From NCBI GenBank assembly GCA_951406725.2, contig OX597814.1, forward strand, positions 102,052,001 through 102,116,000: a stretch of 64,000 nt of DNA, written 5' to 3'. The notes below the pieces were generated by a model. That model saw only the letters and a program-made list of their open reading frames with translations, ran no database searches and was not told where the DNA came from. The position numbers were made by a program, and so were the translations under genes. Source of the stretch: Octopus vulgaris (Eukaryota). This document shows, piece after piece, positions 39,270 to 53,551 of this stretch (the stretch's first letter is position 1; the number at the start of each line of letters is the position of its first letter).

Positions 39270-40408
39270 TTAAAATTCACTGTTGTTCGATATTTTATGT
39301 AAATACCCTCCTCAGAGTTTTGAAAAGCATGTGACAACACAACGGCAAATGATATTGCAAAGAGAGTGGGTGGATCAAGGTCTCCTTGCTTTACTCCATT
39401 TTCCACGGCAAAAGGTCCAGAGAGCCTACCACCAAAGTTAATTCTAGCTTTCATATCTTGATGCAAGGCCCTGATCATGTTTACAAATTTGTCTGGACAA
39501 CCTAATTTCCTTAGAATTAGCTACAGAGCATTTCAATTAACAGTATCGAATGCTTAAAATTCACTGTTGTTCGATATTTTATGTAAATACCCTCCTCAGA
39601 GTTTTGAATAGCATGTGACAACACAACGGCAAATGATATTGCAAAGAGAGTGGGTGGATCAAGGTCTCCTTGCTTTACTCCATTTCCCACGGCAAAAGGT
39701 CCAGAGAGCCTACCACCAAAGTTAATTCTAGCTTTCATATCTTGATGCAAGGCCCTGATCATGTTTACAAATTTGTCTGGACAACCTAATTTCCTTAGAA
39801 TTAGCTACAGAGCATTTCAATTAACAGTATCGAATGCTTAAAATTCACTGTTGTTCGATATTTTATGTAAATACCCTCCTCAGAGTTTTGAATAGCATGT
39901 GACAACACAACGGCAAATGATATTGCAAAGAGAGTGGGTGGATCAAGGTCTCCTTGCTTTACTCCATTTTCCACGGCAAAAGGTCCAGAGAGCCTAACCA
40001 CCAAAGTTAATTCTAGCTTTCATATCTTGATGCAAGGCCCTGATCATGTTTACAAATTTGTCTGGACAACCTAATTTCCTTAGAATTAGCTACAGAGCAT
40101 TTCAATTAACAGTATCGAATGCTTAAAATTCACTGTTGTTCGATATTTTATGTAAATACCCTCCTCAGAGTTTTGAATAGCATGTGACAACACAACGGCA
40201 AATGATATTGCAAAGAGAGTGGGTGGATCAAGGTCTCCTTGCTTTACTCCATTTTCCACGACAAAAGGTCCAGAGAGCCTACCACCAAAGTTAATTCTAG
40301 CTTTCATATCTTGATGCAAGGCCCTGATCATGTTTACAAATTTGTCTGGACAACCTAATTTCCTTAGAATTAGCTACAGAGCATTTCAATTAACAGTATC
40401 GAATGCTT
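39270..40408. repeat. 4x tandem repeat of a 284-bp RTE RT fragment
   Basis: TAAAATTCACTG starts at 39271, 39555, 39839 and 40124; single copy at ~15100-15385 in the other unit. Confidence 0.95.
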
Positions 40409-42805
40409 TGCTCAAATCAACAAGCAATGGTATAGAGCAAGATTCTGTTCAATTCACTTTACTTGTAATTGTCTGATGGTAAAGATACATACAAACAACT
40501 GTGCCCCTGGAGGAGTGAAAACCACACTGCGACTCAGACTCTATGAAGGTATTTAAACGTTCCAACAAAATGCGGGCAAGTACCTTTACAGACAAAAGTG
40601 AAATACCATGAAAATTGACAAACAGATCCTTTGGCCCCCATTTATACAAGGAGACTAAAATGGCATCAATCCAGTCTTGAGGCTCTTTCTCAGTTCTCCA
40701 ACAGTGACAAATTAACATATTTAAGAGTTCAAACATTTTGTCACCCTTATATTTCAAAACTTCTGCGCAGATTCTATCAGATCTTGGAGACTTATTGTTA
40801 TTCAGTTTATCCACAGCTAAATAAATGTCATTTAGAGTTGGTTCAAATGACATCTCTTCTAAAGCTGGAAGGTGTTCAATTTTTTTTGTCGTCGTCATGT
40901 CAGCGAATGGTGGTTTATTCAAAAGTGCAGAATAGAAACGGTGTCAGTCAAAAGCAAACATCCATTTACTGTTCCCACTAGACCTATTGAAGAAGATTTT
41001 GGGCCATATACCTCCTTAACATAAGAGTACAAACCCTTGGCATCATTTCTATCAGCTGCTTCTTCTGCCTCTTTTGCTCTGTCATTCCACCATTCCTGTT
41101 TAATTTTCCTTAGAGCAGTCTGCACTTTCCCTTTCAGCTTTTTGTAAGCATCGTTTGAATTGGGGTTCAAGGACTGAGAAAGAAGTGTATTGCCTAAGTT
41201 TTATTTTTCTAAAAGTAGATTATGAATTTCTGCTGATCTATCTGAGAACCAGTTACTGGACTTACGTGATATAAATCCTACTGACAAACTTGCAGCCTGA
41301 AATACTTTTGTTTTGAAATCTTCCCATAGATTGTTTGATTTAAGATTGATACTTTCTATAGCTTCGTGGAATCTTTGCAAGTTGCTTGAGAATTTAAAGT
41401 TTGCAAAAGATAGGTTTCTTACATACATACATACACACATACACACATACATACATACATACCAGAACTCTATGCATTCAATAAAACAGTGGCCAACAAT
41501 GTGTTTGCTGTGTCAGTACTCCTACCAAAATTTGGTCTGCTTGAATGGACGTTTGATGAGATCCGAGCCATTGATGTGAAAACCCTAATAATACTAACGA
41601 AAAACGAAAAAAAGTGGCGGAGGCTTAGCATCGATCCAAAATGCCTTTGAATGTCGCATCAAATCCCTTCGGCAACATCCTTTAACCACCAAGTGTCGAA
41701 ATGCATCCCTTGAGTAAGTTTGCATATATGAGGCTGATAACATCGTAAGACTTGGAAGGCAGTTCCTTGAGCAACACTCTTGTCTGATAACCTAAAATAC
41801 ATGCCCAAATAAGTCGCACGACTCTACCGCAACGTATCATCAGATGAAAGAATGAGCCTATATGAGCAGAAGTCTATGCATGGATATGTTAGTAGAAAGC
41901 TCCGAGATGATAGTAACATTGATATTCAAAGCAGTTTATCATGGACGAATAGCCGGATTACTACCTTCCACTCTGAAGGGTATGCGTTTGCAATCCAGGA
42001 ACAGGAAATATCAACCAAGTACCTGATGCACAAAAGGGACAGAGATACGGGAAAAGCAGTAAAATGTGACAACCGATGCAGACATTGTGGAGTTCGCAAT
42101 AAATATATCACCCACATTGTAAGCAGTTGTCCGAAATTGTTATCACTGTATTATCTACCGATGTGACATGATGTTGTATCTAGGACTCTATAATGAAATT
42201 CGTCGGAAGGATAATCTCAGGACAAATAAATAAGAACCTAAAATATGGTAGAAACCAAAACCACTCATAATAAAAAAGAATACTGGTGGAATGTCCGAGT
42301 GAAGACTTCAATAAAATGTAAGCACAACAGACCTAATATAATGATCTAGGATAGAGAAGAGAAACTGTGCACAGTTGTGGAAATTACCTACTCAGCCGAT
42401 GTTAACATAAAGATGAAGATCAGTGAAAAAGAGGACGCCTATGCTGAATTATTGAGAAATCATACATACATACATATAAACAAAAGTACCCTGTTGATTT
42501 TGAAGTTCCAATGAAAGAGCCTTGGATCTAGGTTAGAAACCTGTTCTTTCTCTATTGGCAAGAAATCTTGAAATAAACTGGATAATGAAATACAAACATG
42601 TATACAGACATACATATGTTAAAATTATGTACGTGTACATATATGAGCGTATATACATATATGTGTGTGCGTGTTTCTTTTTTTTGTGTGTGTGTTCGTG
42701 TGTCTTTTTTCTGTGTGTGTACAAACGGACGGACGACTGAAATGATGAACAGTTGATTGATTGATAGATTGACAGAAGTGTATACGTGTATATTCACTCA
42801 CACAT

Positions 42806-42841
<36 letters not shown>

Positions 42842-43144
42842 ATACATAAACACGCACACACGAGTCTAGCCTGAATACGTGTGCACTAAAGAATAATGAA
42901 TTATTTTCATATATACGTTTCATATATACATACATACTCTTTACTCTTTTACTTGTTTCAATCATTTGATTGTGGCCATGCTGGAGCAGCGCATTTAGTC
43001 GATCAAATCGTCCCCAGGAATTATTCTTTGTAAGCCTAGTACTTATTCTATCGGACCCTTATGCCGAACCGCTAAGCTACAGCGACGTAAACACACAAGC
43101 ATCGGTTGTCAAGCGATGTTGGGGGGACAAACACAGACACACAA

Positions 43145-43228
<84 letters not shown>

Positions 43229-43229
<1 letters not shown>

Positions 43230-44352
43230 AAGACCCTTGTCCTACGTCCTGGTTTTGTTTTGTTTTTTATCTTTACCGTTATTGTTTTTACGTTTTTGTA
43301 TTCTTATTGGTGTCATGTATTCTGTATTTTTGTTCGTGTACTTCGTTCGTTTTCCGTCCTCGTGTTGTATACATTCGAAGCTTTCTTCCAGGGGATCTAA
43401 TGCGCTTGGCTTAGATTTCCCTTGGCGGGCTGCCCAGATCGGAGCAATCTCAAGATTAATCAGCCGAAATTGCGAAGATGATCTGGTTCTTGACTGATGA
43501 CTGAGGGCTTCGAATGTCCCGTCCTGTGGTTCTTGTGTCGTCTCTTTGGTGTTTCATGTTCTTGTCCATGTCTGTATTTATTTTTTACTGTTTACATATA
43601 TAATCGGCGGCTACGTATCCACAATTGTCCTTATACGATAAGTATATTTTTTCTCTAGCATTGATACGACTCTTGATCTGTCTCTTTCTCTCTCTCTCTC
43701 TCCTCCCTTATTCCCCTTCCTTTCTTTCCCTCTCCATCCGTCCCCCCTTCTATGTTTCTCTATCTCTCTCACCTCCAGTCCCCTCGATCTGTCTCTTTCT
43801 TCTCCTCCCTCGTCCACCTTCTCTCTCTTTTCATCTGTCCCTTTCTCCTGTCTTTTGTTCTCACGTGACCGCTAGCCACTGCTGAGCGCCCTTTTCGTTC
43901 CAGCAGTCGTCGAAGCAACACGTATTTGTTCGTCTCCCTGCGGCCATTAGGCACAACTTCATAAGCCAGCCCCAAACTCAACTCGTCCTGTCGAAAGACC
44001 CTTGTCCTACGTTCTGGTTTTGTTTTGTTTTTTATCTTTACCGTTATTGTTTTTACGTTTTTGTATTCTTATTGGTGTCACGTATTCTGTATTTTTGTTC
44101 GTGTACTTCGTTCGTTTTCCGTCCTCGTGTTGTATACATTCGAAGCTTTCTTCCAGGGGATCTAATGCGCTTGGCTTAGATTTTGGCGGGCTGCCCAGAT
44201 CGGATCAATCTCAAGATTAATCAGCCGAAATTGCGAAGATGATCTGGTTCTTGACTGATGACTGAGGGCTTCGAATGTCCCGTCCTGTGGTTCTTGTGTC
44301 GTCTCTTTGGTGTTTCATGTTCTTGTCCATGTCTGTATTTATTTTTTACTTT

Positions 44353-44355
<3 letters not shown>
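43229..44355. mobile_element. Non-coding element in (TA)n with ~365-bp direct repeats (A 43229-43595, B 43603-43993, A 43994-44355)
   Basis: Near-identical direct repeats start AAAGACCCTTGTCCTACG; absent from the orthologous TA tract at 18190-18240. Confidence 0.8.
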
Positions 44356-44429
<74 letters not shown>

Positions 44430-45715
44430 ATTATTATTATTATTATTGTTCAATCAGATAAAACTAGGAATCTCTATAAATTGGATGTTAAATTATATGA
44501 TAACCTTTTAGAGAAAGAAATATTTAAAAAACATAAATTGTTCCAGATAGTATACTTTATTATATTAATAAAGCCTCTAAATTAGTAATGATAATCTATG
44601 AATTGGATAATAAAACTGAACCTTATATACCTATGCACCCTAGAATTACTCTGAAAGAGCATAAAGATAATTTTTATTCAGACCCTAAGCTATATTTATT
44701 TGTCCATGTAAATCTGACCTTGGTAAATTGAGTAAACTTATTTTAGATAAATATATTAATAAATTAAATAAACTTAATTACTTAAAATTATGGTTTAGTA
44801 ATAATCATACTTCAAATTGGTTTAATAATATTAAAGATTAAAATCGATATAAATTTATTCAAATAGATATAGATAATTACTATTCTTCTATTAATGAAAT
44901 TGTGTTTAATAAGGCCCTTATTTTTGCAATGAATAAAGTGGGAATGACTTTTGAAGAGGTTAACGTAATTAAAATGGCTAGGAAATCGTTTATAAAATAT
45001 AAAAATAAATAATGGGCTAGGAAAGATACAAGGGACTTTTTTTGATATACCTATGGGAGCACCTGATTCTGCACAAGCTACGGATTTAGTAGGTATTTAT
45101 CTTTTATCTGAACTCCAATTAGAAAATTTAAAAATAGAGGGTGGTTTATATAGGGATGACCTTCTACTAATTACTAAAGAATTGCACCAATAGGAACCTA
45201 GAAGTATTTAAGAAAAAACTTTATAGTTTCTTTAAAAGATATTGTTTAGGTATTACTATATATAATGAGAATTTTAATGTTAATTATTTAGATGCTAATT
45301 TTAATCTAATTAGGGGTAAAATACAACCATATCATAAACTTAATGAGAACCTTAGATATATAAATGTTAATAGTAATCACCCACCATCAATTAGAAAATC
45401 GTTGATTAATAATATAAGTAAACGTATATCATTACTTTCTTATGATTTAGAGATTTTTAATAAACATGCTCCTTAATACAATGAGGCCCTTAGAGAGGCA
45501 GGTTATAATAGTAATATTAAATTTTTTATTAAAAATAAAGATAAAACTATTAATAATAGAGATTAAAATATTAATAATAATTATAATAATTTTGTTAGTA
45601 ATATTTGTAATAATCTTAGACCTTATAAAAATAAAAATAATATAAATAAAAATAAGAATAAAAATAAAAATAATGTCTTTAATAATTCTTTAAATGTCAA
45701 TTATAAATTTAAATC

Positions 45716-45753
<38 letters not shown>

Positions 45754-47331
45754 TGATAAAGAAATATAATAATAATAATGGTAACAATAATAATGACAGT
45801 TTTAATATTAATAATAAGAAAAATAAGAATAAAATTTGGTTAATAGTTCCTTATGGTGCTCAAGTTGATAAGAACATGGTTAAAGAGATTTTAGATATTA
45901 TTAAACTATTTATTTGAGATAATCGTAAATATAAAAACATATTCTCTAGTAATAATTTTGGAGAAGGTTATTCTACCACTAATAGTGTAAGTAACATTAT
46001 TTCTTCTTTTAACAAATTTGAACTGAATAATTTTTATAAAAATAAATTATATAATAATACCAATAATAAAAAAAGATAATACACTAATTAACTGTACATG
46101 TAGAGATAAAACTAAATGCAACGTAAATAATAAATGTGATATTAACGATGTAGTGTATAAATGTATAGTTACATTACATGATGAGAATAATAAGAATAAT
46201 AATAACTCAAACGCGATATATATAGGGTCTACTTCCTCTAAAATAAAATTAAGAATCGCACAGCATATGCATTCACTTAAAAATGAAAACTTAATTAACT
46301 CCACTGGACTTAGCAAGTACATTTGGGGACTGAAATCCCAAAATATTAATTATGATTTATCTTGGGAAATAATTAGTGAGGGTAAATCATATAATGTAGG
46401 AGGGAACTTTTGTTATTTATGTTCAAATGAGTTTAAGGAAATTTTATTTTATAAGCATGATAAATTAGAAAATATCTGGGATGAGCGCAAAATAAAAGGC
46501 AGACACAAGTTACTTTACTTATATAATAAATTTCTTGATAAATCACGAATATTTCTTAGCCTTAATTAGCTCCGTATTTGTTGATTTATGTAATAGTATT
46601 CTAAATATAGCAGGTGATTTGTAGTACTTATTATATTCGTTTATTTTAGTTATTTAGGTTCTGTTTATAATTATAATTAGATTATATATAGTTGTTTATT
46701 TTATTACAAAATATTTTATTACTAAATATATTTTTTAATAAATATTTAATGGTTTATTGAATATAGAGCTTGGTAAGTTACAATTTTATTTATCTTATAA
46801 TAAAGTTAAGTTTATATATTCTGTTATATTTCTGTTATAATTTTGTTAAATTATAATTTTGTTATATTAATCTATTTGTATGTAATCTCTTTATATTTGA
46901 AATAGATTTATTTAGTTGTTTATTTAATCTATTTTATTTAATATAGAAGTATAGATTAGTAAGATTGAATATTTAGATTAAACTTAAAGTTTACCTCTAT
47001 TTTTGTATTATAGTATGAATATAAACATTTATATACGTATTTATTATATGATATATGTGTTTGTGTGTGTATGTATATATGTGTATATGTTTATGTGCGT
47101 GTATATATATGTATATGTATATACATTTATTTATGTGTGTGGGGGGGTGTATATAGGTGTATGTGTATATATTGAGTATTGTATGTATGTACATGTATGT
47201 AAGTGTGTGCATATGTGTATGTGTGTATGTGTGTGTATATATGTGTGTACATATGTATATGTATGTATGTTTGTATGTATGTGTATACATATATGTATAT
47301 ATATATATATATGTATATATATAGGTATATA

Positions 47332-47392
<61 letters not shown>

Positions 47393-47830
47393 ATTTATAT
47401 TTATATATATATATGTATACGTATGTATAGTTATACTGCAAATTTTGATAAGTATTTTAGAGTTTTGGTTATGATCACTAATCTTAGCTTATAATTATAA
47501 GAGAATGGCGAAAGACTTTATAGTACGATGAGGGGTTAGTATAAACAATTTTTTAATATTTTATTAATCATATAAGATTTTTAGAATATATTTAATAATT
47601 AGTGGTTTTTAATCATTTAAATTATTTAATTTATTTTGTATTAAGTATTATTTATCATAGTTATTTTATTAATAAATATTATATTATAGAGTGATTTTAT
47701 TCTTTATTTGTGACTTCATTCTATTTACACTGATAAACCATTAATGTTCCCATTCACAATCTTCATTGACAAAGCGTATTTGTTCCTCACGATTAATGAA
47801 TTCTTCAACAATTTATTCTTTTTTTGCTAA

Positions 47831-48014
47831 ATATCTTGCAAACAACTTGCACATGCAAGTGCTACCAGTTAAAAGCTCCGTATATCGGAAGCTAGCAAGT
47901 GTATGGGGTCATCAGGAGAGAATGCGCGCCGTTTCGGGGCCTACCTCTCGACGGCATCAATGCGCACCGGCCCCCCTCACTGATATGAGGCCCCGCTTGC
48001 TAGATCAGCTGGTA
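47831..48014. other. GC-rich, highly self-complementary island in the Penelope 3' region, containing hammerhead core motifs
   Basis: Stems TACCAGTT/AGCTGGTA, CTAGCAAGTG/CGCTTGCTAG, GAGAG/CTCTC, GCCGT/ACGGC, GGGGCC/GGCCCC, CCTCA/TGAGG; function unknown. Confidence 0.6.
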
Positions 48015-49818
48015 ATTCCACGAGTATTCTTATAAACGCTGTAAAGACGTTTTCCGATTCAAAATTTTAGTTCATTACAAAACCTCGCTGAGGTATGTAT
48101 TTATTTATATTTAAGTTCTTTAAATTGTAAATTTTAATATTTTATAAGTCTTTGGTGTAATAATATTTTCCTTATGTAAATATCGTTGTTTATGTAATGA
48201 TCTAATTATCGTAATTTTCTATATTATTAGATATTAAACTTAAGTTTATTCGTAAGATACTACTTAGCGATAGATTTGTTGTTTGATAGCAAGTATACGA
48301 GGTGTCGAAAGTTATGCTTTTGTATATACATTTATTAATAGTATCAATTGTAGTTTTAAATTTCTCATAATTAAAATTAGATAAACTTTGATAAACTTAG
48401 AAAAGTCTCGACTAAAGATTGGTCCAAGCCATGTCTAACTTAATAGCATAACTTAGTTATTGTCTTTTTAAATTGATATTCGCTAGTTATTTCCATTGTT
48501 AATTATATTTATAGTATTTATATTATTTATTCGATACTATATAACTACGAATTGATTATTTCTATAAGTATTTTACATTAGATTTCCGAAAGTTCGTTTA
48601 ATTTTGTTTGTTTGTATTTTTGAAATTAGCTATTTCATCTTTAAATATGAAAAATTAATTTATTAGGTTTTTATATATGTGCATATATATTTATTTATAG
48701 AGGGTTTTTTAGATCTTAATTATAAAATACATTTATATATTTTCATTGATAATTTATATATAATGGTCATTTTTTTTATATTTATGTCATTAGATATAGA
48801 CTATTACCGATATTAGATTATTGGTGGGTTTCCTACCTTATAAATTAAAATTAATATTTAACATTATAATCAATTTTGATATAATCATAATTGTTAAGTT
48901 TTAAGTTTCTAGTTTGATAATAGAGTTTATTATAAGTAAAATTATTATATTATTTATATCTTTAAAATATTGTTTATATATTTCTGATTATTTTTAAAAT
49001 ATTTCAATGAACCTGAAGATTGACTGTAACCATAACACGAATTATTAATTGAATTTAAATATAAAATATACATACATACATATATATATATATATTTGTA
49101 TATATATATAAAATTTATAAGTTTAAATTATTTAAATAATTTTTAATTTTTAACTTTTATATTTTTAAATTAATTTTATGTATTGGCTTATGTTTTTCAC
49201 TGTTTGATTTGCCTAATAGTGGTTTTATCTCTAATTTAATATAATATAATATAATATATTTATACTATAAAATTGGATTTGATCCTAAATCTAATTTTTC
49301 CCTGTAAGTTTGGATTTATTCCCTAATATTATTATTATTAATATATATATATATATATATACATATCTACGACGGGCTTCTTTCAGTTTCCGTCTACCCA
49401 ATCCACTCACAAGGCTTTGGTCGACCCGAGGCTATAGTAGAAAAACTTGCCCAAGGTGCCACGCAGTGGAACAGAACCCGGAACCTTGTGGTTGGTAAAC
49501 AAGCAACTTACCACACAGCCACTCTTACGCCTATATTTCTTTCATACATATATTGTCTATTTTAATGTTATTTATAGCAATGATGGTGAAACATGATATT
49601 TTTAATATAAAGTTAAATACACTTAAATACAGTCAAGTGTCCACTTCGACGAATATTTTAGCTATTAAGGAAAAGTATTAACAGAAACAACACATAACAA
49701 AACAACAAATATGATAAACAAACGACGATGACATGGTTTATTGTTATTTAAAACCATATTTAAGGAAGAGTCCTTCAATAACAGGAATTATAACACAAGA
49801 GTGGGCAATCCTATTTCC

Positions 49819-49857
<39 letters not shown>

Positions 49858-49963
49858 AACACATACGTACATATATATATGTATATATGTATATATATAT
49901 ACATATATATATATATTTATGTACATATATACATATATACATACGTATATATATATATATATG

Positions 49964-50023
<60 letters not shown>

Positions 50024-50179
50024 CATATATATATGTATATATGTATATATATTTATATATATACATATATATATTTATGTACATATATACATACCTATAT
50101 ATATATATGCGTACATACACACACACACACATATAAATATATATATATGAATGCATACATAGATATCTGCTTGCGTGTG

Positions 50180-50215
<36 letters not shown>

Positions 50216-50341
50216 CATGCATACACGAGTGCGCGCATACATGCATGCGTATACACTCAAATGTGTAAATTTGTAAGTGCACGTGAGGTTTTGTATATGC
50301 ATAAGTGCGTGAGAGAGAGAGGGTGAGAGGGAGAGTGTGTT

Positions 50342-50384
<43 letters not shown>

Positions 50385-51308
50385 ATGTGTGTGTGTGCGC
50401 GCGTGCGTGTTTATGAATTTTTTTTAAAAATCCACTCTTGCCCCATTATCTTCATTCGTCGAATATGTCTGCCAACAACAAAAGCTTAAATTCCTATTAC
50501 ATCTTACAGCGAATCACTGCAAAATTTACAACTCCATTCATGGGAGAACGGAAGCCTCGCTGATTATTCTGTCAGGATGCAATTGAAATTTTACTTTACG
50601 ACGTACAGAAATGGTTTACTCAGATTTAACAAATTACATTTAAGTTAGATCGAAAACTTGCAACATATCTTATATTTGTACCAGATTAAAGGAAAACGGC
50701 CGTTAATCATACATAAATGATTCACATACACTGAAGACAAAGATATAATTTATTATTATTACTTCGCACAGCCAGTAGAGTAATAATAACCCTCTATCTT
50801 TAATTATATTATCACTTGATCGGGAAGCTTGTTTTCATTTATATCGCTAAATACCGGAATATAAAATGAAGAAAACGAGCAGATTATGAAATCGCACAAG
50901 AATTCCACCTGAAAGTATTCCAATATTTAAAATCATTAGACCCACTAAATTTGGATAATCCATTGGAACATTTACTGCCAAGCACTTTCCGCGATTTTTG
51001 GTCTCATTCAGATAGAAAACTTGCCTTTCCTTAATACGAAAATATACTAAATATATATACGTAATATTATGTGAAATGAACTTCGATTGAATGCTTTACC
51101 CACACTTATAGCAATCAGATACGTAAGTAGCTTTAACTTATAGCAAAATTTTTAGTCTTTCACATATTATCACTACCAATCAGGTCGAGATTTCATTATT
51201 TTTGATCTTTCTTTTGACGTTTAACCTAGTATTCCATAGCAATCTATTAAAAAATTAGCATTAAATTACTTGCGTTTCTTCATTTCTGGCTGAAATGCTT
51301 ATCTAAAG

Positions 51309-53551
51309 ATGATATACATATTCATTATTATATTTGGTTATTTCTTGAAAATATTTACTTCAGTGACTGCAAATTGTCAGACAGATTGTCCAATTGTTTG
51401 CCACTGTACCGAAGACAAATTAAAACACTGTACAGTAACATGTACTGACAAAATTCTAACTCAAATACCCAGTTATTTTCCAGAAAATACGACATCATTA
51501 GATCTAAGTCGAAACCACATTAAAAGAATTCCTCCTGATATTATTAGACATTTAAACTTATTAGAGGTGCTAAAAGTTGACGATAATCTTCTTGAATATT
51601 TACTGCCAAACACCTTTCAAGGTTTGTGGTCTTTGAGAGAACTGTCATTGGAATACAACAAACTAACTATTAATTATTCGTCATTTCCTATAAATCTTTT
51701 CCGAAATTTAACTAAAGTGAAAATTCTAAAATTACGAGGTAACATTGTGCACAAAAACACAAAACTTATTGATAGAACTATATCTCATCTAACTGCACTG
51801 GAAGATTTATACATGACAGGTGGTCAGTACTTTATCTTTGGAGCAGGATATAAGAATTTGACAAAATTAAAATATATTAATTTTGCCTCAAAAAGAAACA
51901 GTTCAGTTATGATATATATTGTAAAATATGCATTTAGAACTGTTCCCAGAATAACCCATTTGAATTTAGATTACTGCCACTTACACAGATTAAACGGCTA
52001 CACATTAGCATTTTTCGAAAATCTGCACCTCCTACGCATTTCATTTAACAATCAAAAGCTGCTGGAGGAAATTCCACGGACCTTGGAACGTCTGAAATTC
52101 CCAAGCCAATTGCAAATATTATATTTTAGTAATATGAAATTAAATGTAGGAACTGGCAATGTTATTACCGAACGTTTTACAAAATCTTTACATAAATCTG
52201 GATTGAAGAAGATTGTTTTAAATTCAGATCATATTGAATCAATTTCTTGGAATAGCATTCCCTCCTTGCCCAACACATTGGAATACGCTTATTTGAGAAA
52301 CAACCAATTAACATACGGAGAATATATCTTTCAAATTAAGGCTTTACCCAACATTAAATTAATCGACATTAGCATGACATTATCATGTAGAAAGCTACCA
52401 TTTATTCGTAGTAAATTATTCAATAGCGATATTACATACAGTTATGCAATCCCTAAATCTCTTAAAACATTCTTACTACAAGGTTGCCACTATCAATTTC
52501 CGATACCACCATTCCATATAAAAGATGCAAATGCAATACGATTAATTAATGCAACGAATAATTTATTTTGTCCATGGAGTGGCACAGTCCGAGGCTTAGA
52601 ACAATTACAAATTCTGGATTTAAGTCACAACCAATGCAATAATATCAGTAACGAATTCTTCACATATTTCACTGGTCTGCGACTTTTGAATATCGAAAAT
52701 AACGCAATAGGAATTTCAGGTCAAGTTGCCAAAGAAGGTTTCAGCAAAGCTTTTCTAAATTTAACCAGCCTCGAAGAATTACATCTTTCAAATAACCACA
52801 TTCAATATTTATCAAACAACAGTTTGTTACAGCTGAAAAATCTCAGAATCTTAAATTTACACAACAATTTATTGAAATCCTTTGATGTAAAGATTAGTCA
52901 TATGTTAAATTTATCATATTTAGATTTATCTAAAAACGTTTTACAGGAACTGTCGGAAAACACTTTTAATGCTATTGAAAAGATATCTGAACACCATAAA
53001 TTCACTGTTAACATACAAAGCAATAATTTGAAATGTGGTTGTGCACAAATAAGATTTCTCACTTGGCTGCACAAAGTACGGAATTCAGGTCGTTTGAAAA
53101 TAATGTACTCGAAATGTACTCATCCTAACGGAACAGTATGGAAGTTGAAAGGAGATCGGCTTGTTAGGATCGTAAGCTTTCTGAATCACACTTGTTCAGC
53201 CTTGATAGGGATAATAATTGCGATAAGTTTTGGTGTTGTAATACTGATTATATTTCTAGTTGCCTCACTCATTTACCATTTTAGATGGAAGCTACGATAT
53301 TTATATTACATGATCCGAGAAAATTATTCCTACAAACGACTCACTCCCGATGAATATATTTACGATGCATTTGTGATTTATGCCGACGAAAATCGAGATT
53401 TTGCATTAAATTATTTGATTCCAGAATTGGAAGAAAAAGAAAACTTACGTTTGAATATTCATCATCGGGACTTCCCTGTTGGAAAATTGATATCAGAAAA
53501 TATATTATCAGCAATCCAATCTAGTCGAAAATGTATTATTTTATTAAGCAG
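51309..53551 (+). CDS. Toll-like receptor copy 3, exon 1 (divergent central LRRs)
   Basis: ATG 51309; intact LRR-TM-TIR; donor AG|GTAAGT at 53551/53552. Confidence 0.96.

Noticed and set aside
43490-43530. CTGATGA..CGAAT as a hammerhead in the A repeat
   Set aside because: GAAT instead of GAAA, and no convincing stems I-III
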